Source of the DNA: Lepidodermella squamata
Taxonomy: Eukaryota > Animalia > Gastrotricha
Reading direction: 5' to 3'
Assembly: GCA_047495785.1 (NCBI GenBank)
Contig: JBLDXI010000001.1
Coordinates: 4,092,001 to 4,156,000 of the forward strand
Length of the DNA stretch: 64,000 nt
A program made the position numbers and the translations under genes. Numbering within the stretch: the stretch's first letter is position 1; every line of letters starts with the position of its first letter. The notes beneath the pieces were generated by a model, which had not been told where the DNA came from, made no database searches, and worked only from the letters and a program-made list of their open reading frames with translations. Below are positions 23,867 through 34,614 of this stretch, in pieces.

Positions 23867-25278
23867 GGTAAACGTTCGCGTTTATTGAGGTCCGCAGTCA
23901 TTGCGGTCAGATTGACAATCTAATTCGGTCGTTCGCTAGTGGGGATGAATTTTTTCATTTTTATTTTCTCCTATCGAGTTTATAGTGGTGTGAAAATGTA
24001 GCTGTTTTGATATTAGAAAAAATACTATGACATTTTAATATTTTAGAAATAAATAAATTGCATCCAAGGTCGATTTTTTGGGTCCATGGATGACCGAATG
24101 TGCTGAATCTAAAGTTCGGACTATATTTCTGCATCGCAATATTTCATCAACTCCATAACTAAGAATACTTTTGAATTCCATCTGCGAATTTGATTTTTGT
24201 CTAAGATTATTGGCCTGACGTGGTACCCGAAATGTCGCTGAACATCCACACTATCGGAATAAAATGACTCGAGGTCGCAAAATTGTTGTCATTTATTTGA
24301 AAGGATTATTTCTGTGGCTATGTTCACCCGTGTTTCTAAGGTTTGGGGTTATGTATTTTCGAGTTTATATTCCATAGATGAAATAAAAATCGCCTCTAAT
24401 CTCTAACTGCTTCCTGGATCGGGTCCTTATTTTGCTAAAAGCGCCCTGTAATTTATTTGAAAATTCAGAAAATCGAATGAAACCCGAAATAATCCAGAGA
24501 AACACCACAGCCATTACCAAATGAACCAAATGCCGTTCAAGAAGAGATTGAAACTTTGAAATATTTTGGGGAAACTATAAGTCGCAAACTTCTGACTTAT
24601 TAGCTGCACAGTGACTGGCAGTCACACAATACTCCCTCCATGGCTGAAATTTTACTCGAAGGAGCCGCTGCTGAAATGCAACCAGCAGCCTTGATGCTAT
24701 TTAAGAAAAGGCTCGATATGACTTAGCAAAGCTAATTAACTTGATTTTTGACACCGCAAATAAAAAATGTGATCATTATCGCCACCAGACATTGAGGTGA
24801 AAATTTCCACGCAATCGATGTTTAGTTTGCTGATTAATAGCAAGATTTGGCTGCCGTCATAATTAGCTTACGTCTGTAGAAGCCGGGAGTCGCCTGGAAT
24901 AAATTGGATGAGGAAATATTACTAGTTTCTAGAATGTTGAGTGTGAGCCCATTTGGGCGTTTAACACCTATCAATATTTCACCTTTTAAAATTTCTTAAG
25001 AAATTCCCCATATGTATAACGCCTTAAAAATACTTCCAAGTCAGCTGGATGCATACATTTTTTCAGGAATTTTGCGATCTGCAGACAGGAATAATGGCAA
25101 AATAAATCGTTTTAGACAAACCTGCTATATATTTATTCCTGTCGAAATGAGACTATTAATAATTTTCAGTAAATTGGAAAATTAGAAGAGATCTAATTCA
25201 ACAAATTGCCGATGCGTGCTTTAAGTGTATATCCGTGTATATCATTTCGAATATTTAATTGATAATAATCCGCTATTT

Positions 25279-27561
25279 TTAATTTCCCGATCTGAAACTT
25301 GCTCTGAGTTGCAACTGCTGGGAACCTCTGCCTGTCACTGTTATTCGGTTTGTTGAAGCTGAATTAGGAAGATTGGGCTTCCTCAACATAGGAAACACCC
25401 AGGTCATAACATTGAAGCTAGCGAATATCGGTAAGATAACAGCCAAAAACACATTCACATTCGTCTCAGCAACAGCAGGATTCCGATCTTGAGATAATAT
25501 GAAAATAATGAGTGTGCCAGCGATTAACAGACCCAAGGAGTTCAACAGACCGCCCGCCATCAAGTTGAACTCGTCGAAACCTTGCCTTTTTCGAAGATGG
25601 CGAACTGAATAAGAACCAAAAAGCCCTACCACGAGCAAAAAAGCGTGGGAAGCTAGAAGAACGTAAAGCTCAATTGAAGCCACGCTGCATGACGTGAATT
25701 TCCAAAGGAACTCAACGTCTCTGGCTTCATCATATATCCGAATCGAAGAACCGACATCGGGCCAGTATCTCTCAGCGCACATCTCTGCTCTGAAGAGCAA
25801 TCCAAGAAGTATAAAATTGATGGATAGGAATGCAGCTGTGATAAAGATTGCCTTTTTCACCCATTTCCCAGCCCTCCTGCTTTGATAACCCATGGACCGG
25901 ACCACAAGGGCTGAGTTGACAAATGAAGCACCCAAGATCATTAACGCAAGCCCAGCTCTCCACATATTTTCCTTACTTTTAGGGGATTCACTATGCACGA
26001 CCAATATTACAGCCGATATCAAGCACATGAAAGCTCCAAATGATCCTAATAGCTTCAATAAAGGTTCCTTCATTCTAGGATCTTTCCTTAACCTTAGCAG
26101 CAATGCTACTCCAATCAAAATTACTGCAAGAATAGCAGCATCGAAGAATGATATGGCTATGACAGCCCCGATAGCCAAACCCTCTTCGACAATTGCGATC
26201 TGAGGTCCGTCTTTTGGTGGCTTGTTGTCGTTAGTATTCCAAACAAAGCCTTCAGCAACCAGTTTAACGTTGTAATCGGCATATTTCCCGCCTGATTTGT
26301 TTTCAGCCAGGGAAGCTATCGCCATTGTGTAATTTGGCGATTCATTAGACAGCCACCTCGTTAGACCAATGTAATCCGTAGCCAGCTGGCCGTTAAGTTT
26401 GTTGAACCGCATTCTTCCAGTTCGTAAGGATTTGAAGTCTACATCGAGGACAGATGAGTTCGCAACAGCGGATACGATGTCAGGCTTAGTTTTATAGTCC
26501 TTCAATGACAAGCCTATACTGTTAAGCCTTTTCTCGGTTGTGTCCAAGGCTATTATTAGGGCCATGGTTGCATCATAGCATTGGAACCTGAAGCTGTAGT
26601 GCGGCCCTCGTAGATTGCCACTTGTCAAATCAAATTTCTTCTCAAAATTAATGACATTCTCCTGAGCAGGGTTAAATGGGACTGGCAAAATCGGGCCTAT
26701 AATAGATTGCTTGATTTGCGCCGTTATCATATCTCTCGTGCAACCTGGCCATACCTCGGTCGCCAAAGTGGCTGAAGTCACATCCAGAATCTGGTGAATG
26801 AAGTTGTATCGGCTACCAGTTATGCCCATTCGGAACGTTGCACAATAGAATTGAAAGAGTACTCGCAAATCTGTTATCCATAGAATGATGACTCGAACGT
26901 CATTTGTTTTCAACGGCTCAAGTTGAGATGGATCTGTTAGGTCTGTTACGCCGTGGTACCAGGCAACTGTCAGGTTTTCCTTTATAGCAGCTTGGTAAGT
27001 CAACTCAGCCGAGAAATAGTCGGATGGATTAACCAAGTAGAACAGGATAGCTATCTTCTGCCATCTGCCGTAGTCTTTCACGACTTTCAAAAAGGAAAAG
27101 GCTGTGAAAACGGTGGTTGCTTGGGTAAGATACAGATTAGGATACTTTACACGATCATTAAGGAAGGGCGCGGTACATTTCAGAGAAATTCCAACTACTC
27201 CAATGTGATGCAGAACGGGCCCGGCAGATTTACATCCTCCTGAAATGAAACCGAGCCCAGCTATTGGGGATAGCAATGCCGTCTCATTTCTGTAAAATTT
27301 GATCAAATTTGCGGGCGTGGAAAATCCCCCCGGCCCTTCGTCTTGATATTCGGGTATCAGTTTATAGCCAGCGAGCAAGCCGGCTTTATCTCTCGCGTCC
27401 TCAAACGCTAGTAGAGAGGCCACCAAGCACTCAGCGCCGTTAGCCGGTGGGTTTGATGTTTTAGGATAGATGATTAGAATCTTCAATTGTTCAACGTCCT
27501 TGCCATGTGCTAATGCAGCGAAAGTTAGAGATATAATAGTGAAGCAAACTTTCAAGTTCAT
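25279..27561 (-). CDS. Intronless GABA-B-like class C GPCR, paralogue 2
   Basis: Collinear and highly similar to 20783-23056; signal peptide MNLKVCF. Confidence 0.88.
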   Translation of the reverse strand: MNLKVCFTIISLTFAALAHGKDVEQLKILIIYPKTSNPPANGAECLVASLLAFEDARDKAGLLAGYKLIPEYQDEGPGGFSTPANLIKFYRNETALLSPIAGLGFISGGCKSAGPVLHHIGVVGISLKCTAPFLNDRVKYPNLYLTQATTVFTAFSFLKVVKDYGRWQKIAILFYLVNPSDYFSAELTYQAAIKENLTVAWYHGVTDLTDPSQLEPLKTNDVRVIILWITDLRVLFQFYCATFRMGITGSRYNFIHQILDVTSATLATEVWPGCTRDMITAQIKQSIIGPILPVPFNPAQENVINFEKKFDLTSGNLRGPHYSFRFQCYDATMALIIALDTTEKRLNSIGLSLKDYKTKPDIVSAVANSSVLDVDFKSLRTGRMRFNKLNGQLATDYIGLTRWLSNESPNYTMAIASLAENKSGGKYADYNVKLVAEGFVWNTNDNKPPKDGPQIAIVEEGLAIGAVIAISFFDAAILAVILIGVALLLRLRKDPRMKEPLLKLLGSFGAFMCLISAVILVVHSESPKSKENMWRAGLALMILGASFVNSALVVRSMGYQSRRAGKWVKKAIFITAAFLSINFILLGLLFRAEMCAERYWPDVGSSIRIYDEARDVEFLWKFTSCSVASIELYVLLASHAFLLVVGLFGSYSVRHLRKRQGFDEFNLMAGGLLNSLGLLIAGTLIIFILSQDRNPAVAETNVNVFLAVILPIFASFNVMTWVFPMLRKPNLPNSASTNRITVTGRGSQQLQLRASFRSGN

Positions 27562-28214
27562 CTTCAATTTTGCGATTTTTGTTACCGAAACAGAGCGAGT
27601 GTAAATGAGATGCGCTATCTGAAGGTCTGAAATTAGAAATTAAGCATCAGACATTTTCCCCGTGGGATAGCGATATTTCAAACGCTAGACAGGAAGTCGT
27701 CTACAAATTCTTTGGTTCCCATCGTGCTACTAATGTCTGCCCGGAAGCTGAAACAAAGCGTGAGGGAATGAGAAATCTGAAAGTAAACGAAATATTCAGC
27801 GCCGAAACCGCCTTGTAACGCGTTTCGTGTTTGCATGAAATGTCAAACTTTTGACAGGAAGTCAGCTATTACTAGGTCGCTGCTGATCGAACTCGTCTGA
27901 ACTTGAGTCATCCAGCTACTTCCTCTGTCTTAAATGATGTGCCTTATTGGAAATGAGCGCTATCAAACAGTAATAACCTCCATAATTGTTACTTATTTAG
28001 TGCTCAAGGCAGTACCTAATTTTTCTCTGATTATACATTGCTGTCTGCTTTTAGTCGACACGAACAATAAGGGAATACTCTATGGCTAACCATGGAAAAA
28101 TAAAATGTTCCTAAAACTTTGACGTAACAATTTATTAAAGACGAGATACCAAGCTAATTTCTGGAAACATAATTGAAATGAAATGAATTCCGTTGTAGCA
28201 AAACAATAAACTGC

Positions 28215-30750
28215 CTAGTGAGTTGCTCCATACGTTTTGAGCAATTTCGCAATATCAGTCAGATCACGAGAAGCAGCCAGCTGCAGAGCCGTCCGATTAT
28301 CCAAACCGCGAACGTGAAGCAGTGACCGGTCAATATTCTGGCTGTTTTTAGCTAGAATCAGCCTTACAACTTCAATGTGACCCTGGCGAACTGCGCAGTG
28401 AAGAGCTGTATCGCCATCACTCGCTCGAGACTTGAGGAAATCCGGCCTTCGATCGAGTAAATAGCGAACTATATCAGTGTGCCCGCTAATAGCTGCTAGA
28501 TGAATCGCAGATAGACCATCTAAAATGGAAGGAAATAAATTCAACTGAGAAGTGGTCGAAGTGTCCAGTTTCCTTACCAGTATCTTTCGCACTCAAATCA
28601 GCATTAGCTTCCTCAACTAAGAATTTAACAACATCGAAATGGCCCTGGTTACAAGCGTCCAGTAACGCAGTTAGGCCCTCCTGGCATCTCGAGTTGACAT
28701 CAGCTCCAGATTTCGCTAGAAATTCGACCATCTCAAGTTGCCCCAACTCAGCTGCTAGATGCAGAGCTGTGTATTGGTCCTTATCTTTTAGCTCCATAAT
28801 ATCGCTCGGGCAAATTTCGACTAAAAGTTTGACCATGTCAAGGTTTTTGCTTTCGACAGCTAGATGAATCGCGGTTCTTTCAAAGTCGGTTGAATCTGTG
28901 GCTCGGTAATTCGCACGGCACTCTTGTATCAAGTATTTCACAATAGAGGGCGAGTTACTCATCACCGCGAGTAGCAAAGGAGTGCGGTTCGCGTCCTTGT
29001 GCAAATGAGAGGGATATTCCAATAGGAAGTACTTGTAGGCCACTGAGTAAGGAGATCCGACTTTTGAGTCGAGAATTCGGCGAAGAGTTGCCAAGTCGTT
29101 GTTCTTGCAAGAATGGATCAAATTCGTCACATCGCTAGATTCCTATAGGGAAAGTCCTCATCATCGATTTTTGCAGACTTTAAATGACTCACTTTTTTAT
29201 TCGAATTGGTAAGGTCACTCGGGTCGATAGAGAAAACGTTGGCCATGTGAGGGATTAACTCCTTGATCTTCTGTTGCACTGATTCGGAGCAGCTGAACTG
29301 AACATCGGCGTCGAACCCGTTTTGAATCATCGTTTCCAAGTTGCTTATCTAACGGTAAAAAACCGATAAACGATAAAAACTTATATCGACCGTCGATCTA
29401 TTTACGAGAAATTTTAGGGACATTAGGATTGTTTCAGCCAGTGATTATATGAAATATCAAAAATTGCGAGGACTCTGATATCAAGCTGATGATCGAATCG
29501 AAGGTCACAAATTAGTTTTACGGTTTCCCATTGTCATTTTCCGAAAATCAGAACATTTCCCGCGACGTTTCCATCAGTTTTGCCTCACTCATTCAGGTTT
29601 ACTTTAAATCAGGGTAGGCTGGTCTGAAATACAAATTTAGGTTTGCGGTAACAGCACCAACTTTTTCAGGAGAGGAATGGAGATAACGTTTGTCCTTTGC
29701 TATTGAAAATTTCAATTAGATTAATTAGATTAATGGGAAATGTGAACAATAAATAGGAATCCATATAGGATAGGCGCGGCACTCGATGCTCAGTGATTGA
29801 TTTTATAGCTAAGGGTATAAGGATTGTTCTAAATTTTCCTTTATAGCTAAGGGTATAAGGATTGTTCTAAATTTTCCTTTATAGCTAAGGATTGTTCTAA
29901 ATTTTTCGGCTGGAAGATTTAGAAACCAGCAATAAATGCTTGAAATCTCCATCCTGGTGGCTCCCTGTTCGCATGATAAGGATCCGACCCATTTAGGCCT
30001 AGTAAAAATGTTGGCTTTTATTACAACAACATTCTTCTACTGATTCTCTTCAACTCAGCAAGCTTACCTTCCTTTCTCGAGCCATCACATCTTCGTAAGC
30101 AGCTATTGTCTCGTCGATATCTCGCTCAAAAATCGACATTGAGTTCAATATCGCCATGCGCTGCTTCAATTGCTCCATCTCCTCAGGTGTCAATAGCGCA
30201 TCTTCGGCCACTTTTTCAAACTGAGAGTACAAGCTACCACCTAGATCTTTTGCTTCCTGCAGCAATTGCCGCTTTGTAAGCTCGACGAATCGAATCAAAC
30301 AGTCGAATTCTCGAACAATTTTCTGCTGAACTTGCTCGACTCTCAGGTCCAAAGTTCGCTGAGCATTAGCCAACTTATCAGGCAGATTTACAGCAGCATT
30401 GTGGAGGCGATTTTCGAACTAAAAAACGATTTTGTAACGCTTCGAATAATGTTTTAATGACTACCTGGTCAGTTAGTCCTACAGCTTCAATTTTCAGCCG
30501 TTCAGCGTGCAAAAAGAAGCAGTGTGAGCAAAAATTGCGCGAACAGTGCCTGCAATTCGTCCCATCATTTTGTTGCTCAGAATGCATGCAATAGGCAACA
30601 TTCGGAAAATTATAGGAACCTAAAACAAAATTTGAAGAAAACCAAATCAGCTTATCAATCATCGGGCAGTTTACCTTCTATCCGGGGTAATTTCGACGGG
30701 TTTATGCTGCCAGGTTGAGCTTCACTTAACGCCACTCGAGAAACAGGCAT
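28215..30750 (-). CDS. B-box-like/coiled coil/ankyrin-repeat protein (TRIM-ANK paralogue A, no RING); about 5 exons
   Basis: MPVSRVALSE..; CMH-x8-CRHC-x3-FCSHC-x3-H-AERLKIE; coiled coil 30050-30420; about 7 ankyrin repeats (RTPLLLAV, RTAIHLAV, YTALHLAA, LTALLDAC, LSAIHLAA, DTALHCAV, RTALQLAA). Confidence 0.8.
29803..29903. repeat. Tandem repeat, 38-bp unit, about 2.7 copies (intronic)
   Basis: TTTATAGCTAAGGGTATAAGGATTGTTCTAAATTTTCC repeated. Confidence 0.85.
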
Positions 30751-30989
30751 TTTTACAACAAAATATCTAAAAAAGCGCAAATTTTATTGTTCAACCCCAA
30801 CAAAAGTTAGTAACAAAATGGTATGAAAAACTGAAATGACCACAGGAAATTCAATTTCTAAAAGCATTTTTAACAATTAACTGATTCAATCCATCTAAAA
30901 TTTCTTGATTTCCTGTAGTTATTTCTAGATCAAAATATCAAGAATCAAGTTGCTTATGTAAAGCGTAGCAAGTGTTGAAGGTCAACAAA

Positions 30990-33288
30990 TCAAAATGCAC
31001 CATGCCGGCGCAACAGCTGCTCAATTTCAGTCAGCTCCTTAGTGATAGCCCCCTGCAAGGGGGTGCGGCCGTCCATGCCACGTGACAGAATGATGTCTCG
31101 CTGGTTGGACGAGCTCAGCTTGATGAGTAGAAATCGAATCACTTTGATGTTCTGTTTGACCTTTGATGAGCTGAAAACGGCGCAGTGAAGTGGCGTGTCT
31201 TGATCACTGGTCCGCATGCTGATGAAGTCTGGCCTGATTTCGAGTAGATAGGCAACAACAGGGAGATGGTCACCCATAGCAGCCAGATGGACAGCATACA
31301 ACCCCTCTGTAAAATCAAAAGTAAAAGGTTAGGAAGAACAAATTGAGTGATTCTTTCAATCCTTACCTGAATCCTTAGCATCGAGATCAGCCCCCTTGCT
31401 GCAAAGGTATTTGACCACGTCCAGGTGGCCATTGTTAGCCGCGTCCAAAAGAGGGGTCTGGCCTTCCATGCATCGGTTTTCAATGTTGGCCCCGCGTTCG
31501 GCCAGGTACGCTACAACACTCAGATGGCCACTTTCGGCTGCAACGTGCAGGGCAGTGTATTGATCGGGGTCTTTTGCTTCGAGCAAAATCTCGCTCGAAG
31601 GGGTTGATTCCATGATTTTTCGCAATTTTATCAGGTTACCGCTTGCGGCAGGTGAATGGAGATCGATTTTAGCGAGGGCTTTTCGGTTACTTGCCAGTCT
31701 CTAATAAATAGTCAAATAGGTTAATGAAACTTTGCCGGAAAGGAAAGGAAAGGAAAGGAAAGGAAAGGAAAGGAAAGGAAAGGAAAGGAAAGGAAAGGAA
31801 AGGAAAGGAAAGGAAAGGAAAGGAAAGGAAAGGAAAGGAAAGGAAAGGAAAGGAAAGGAAAGGAAAGGAAAGGAAAGGAAAGGAAAGGAAAGGAAAGGAA
31901 AGGAAAGGAAAGGAAAGGAAAGGAAAGGAAAGGAAAGGAAAGGAAACAGGAGCTTACCTTGTCATTGGCTTGAACAGATTTCCTCGCAGATTTGACGCTG
32001 CTCGCAATTTTTTTCTGCACAGTGAAGCGAGGTAATTAGAAATTTTAAAGACCTTGAAGCTCATTTAAACTACCTGAGCCAATACAGGGAGACTAAATCT
32101 GGCAGTAGCATGAGAAATCTAGAAATAAGGGAGTTTGAATCGCGATTTTAGGGGATCCAAACTCTTACTTGTTGAGGCTGCGGGCTTGGCACCTTGGCTT
32201 CTTCGGCATTTTCAGCCCTATCGAGCAATAATTCACCGTCATCCAAAGTCGGAAGAGGGGTCGGCTGCGGCTCTTCAACCTCGACGCTGGGAATTTCTTC
32301 TGTTTTGTTGCGATTCTCGTCAGTGATTGAAGTCTCAAAACGGATGAGATTTCTGGCGTCACGCTTGATTGACTCCATTACAGCTGAATTGATAGTGATA
32401 TCTATGCGAGCCGGTTCCAGGGTGCCCAGTTGTTCCATCTATGAGTAAACAAAGGATTTTTTTACGAAATTTCAGTGAAAATTTAGAATTTTGGCCCAAA
32501 GACGCAGAAATGGAGTGTCAATCGAGGAGAGATCGAATGAGGTGATTTCGGCCGAATCCACCTCAAACAAAAAGAGGTGCTACCCTGTACCCTGATTCTC
32601 ACTCCTTACCTTTTGAGCGAGAGAAGCAATATTGGAAAACAAGCCAAGCATGTCCTCGATAGGCGTGCAAAGCGGCGAAAGAGGTCCCAACTGCTCGAAT
32701 TGCTTGCCAAGTTCGACCTTCACGCTTTGGCCACTTGTCAACTGCATCGCAGTCTCGCCCGCTTCACCAGCTACCTTCATTTGAGCGTCCACAAATCCGT
32801 CGACTTCCCGTAGCAATTCATCGTGCTGGGCTCTCAGGATTTCAAAGAGTGAGTCAAAGGTTGAAGTGATACACCGACGCGCTTCATTGGCTCGATTTTC
32901 AACATCAGACTTGAACGAATCCAATTTCGACTCAAAGCTTTGGTTGAGTGATTCGTAACGCTGGTCCATCTGGATGAGTTAAACGGGTACACTTTATAAG
33001 GAAAATCACTCAGGCGTGACTTACTGATCCTAACATTTCGCGCGTTTCGATTTTGACGCGTTCGATGTGTAGAAACATACAAATCAAGCAAAAGTCTTTG
33101 TTACAGTGGGAACAAGCAACACAACCAGTCGCAGCCTTCGCCTTATCGTCGTGAACGCAATCAGAACCGTGACGGGGGTTTGGCGCTGGTTTAAGCGACG
33201 TCTCCACCTTGATCGATTTCGCTATGGTGTCCGGGGAGTAGTTCGCGGGGTCGAGCGGCCGTTTACGGTTCAGGCCAGGTTGTTCCAT
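30990..33288 (-). CDS. B-box-like/coiled coil/ankyrin-repeat protein (TRIM-ANK paralogue B, no RING); about 6-7 exons
   Basis: CVH..CSHC-x3-FCLIC-x3-H-IERVKIE; coiled coil 32610-32969; acidic/Pro linker; ankyrins DQYTALHVAAESG, EGQTPLLDAANNGH, DTPLHCAV closely matching paralogue A, with an intron at the same position. Confidence 0.8.
31737..31946. repeat. Perfect (GGAAA)42 microsatellite in an intron of paralogue B
   Basis: 210 bp uninterrupted, starting about 10 bp after a GTAAG donor on the - strand. Confidence 0.97.
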
Positions 33289-34614
33289 GGTTTCAAACCA
33301 AAATTGAGGAAAAATCTAACTTGCAGTTGTAGTTTAGCGTTACGCTGTGTGGTTATTAGCTTGGAGTAATAGTACTACTGTCTATTCCTCCAAGGTTATT
33401 AGCGTGTTGCGTTCTTGTTTGGTATGTTTGCGATGCAGAGGATTAAGGGGGTGTTACGCGCGCGTGTGTAAACACCGTGACGGCGACACGCACACCTGGC
33501 GCGCCTGCTGTAATCAGATCTCTATAAAAATACGGACTCATTAAATGTTACTTTTTCCGATGTTTTCATTAAAATCTGTAATTTTGGACAAGTTTAACCG
33601 GGGCTCTTAGCTCTTCAGGGGTGAACGCGGAAAACGTGGGATTTTTCGCATAAAACTCTCCAAGCAGCCGGCATTAAATTTCAGGTGACCAGAGGAAAAA
33701 TCGGTTTTCAAATAAGTCAACGCAGACTTCGGTTGTCGTTTTCAGACCCTGAAATATCTTTGTAATGATATACTATTTTTTAAAGAAAATTCGCTTCTTC
33801 CTTTACCGTCGCTGAAATTAGAGGACAATTCCACATTTTTGGCGAATTTCAGTGAGGCATCTATCTGAATCTCAGGAGTGAAGTTGGGTGCTTTCGGACT
33901 GTGTGTACCTGTCTGTGCCTGTGTGGAAGATTTCGATTTTTCGCCAATTGGAATCACAGCCGATGGGAGTTACTATTTTTCTTCATAAGTCGACCCAAAT
34001 TGAAAAGGCGGATCTAATGTATAGATATTCCCGAGGCAGTTGTCAATTACTCATGTGAAATGGACTTCCCAGTAATTATCTGCGAATTTTCCATATTTGG
34101 GCTAATCCTTTTTGAGTTTTGCCAAAAATCAGGTTAAAATAAAATAATTCTCAAAATTTGGAGGAAATCAGGAATCATGCCCGCCTACTTTTTTAAATGT
34201 TCCGAATATCTCGAGCATGAACTGGTTTTTAACCTAATAAAAACATGGCTTTATCCGGCTTTACCCATCGTAACAAAACTTGTTTAACTAAAACTGCCTG
34301 TGTCATCAAAATATTAGCCATCCAAAATCCTCTTTGAACAAATTTACCGAGAAAGCTTGAATCCGATCTTACGAAATTTAGTGACAAAACCGCAATTGAA
34401 AGGGTTCGATTTTGTGTTCAATCTTTCCTCTTGAATTACGGCCGATTAAAAATCCGTCCTTTTCGTTTTTCGGTGTCAAACAAAATACAGTAGCAAATTC
34501 CGGTAAAGATACCGTTTTATTTATAAACCAACAACAAAATAAAAGATTAATGGTGCAAAATAAGCTCATCGATCTTTCTCACAGTTTTTCATTTCATTAG
34601 CATTTTCTTCATTC

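Noticed and set aside
21192-27243. Antisense ORFs conserved between GPCR paralogues
   Set aside because: Their similarity follows from conservation of the sense-strand genes.
31721-32035. ORFs with KGKER / FPFLS repeats
   Set aside because: These are translations of the intronic (GGAAA)n microsatellite; only a small part (about 31958-32014) is a real exon.
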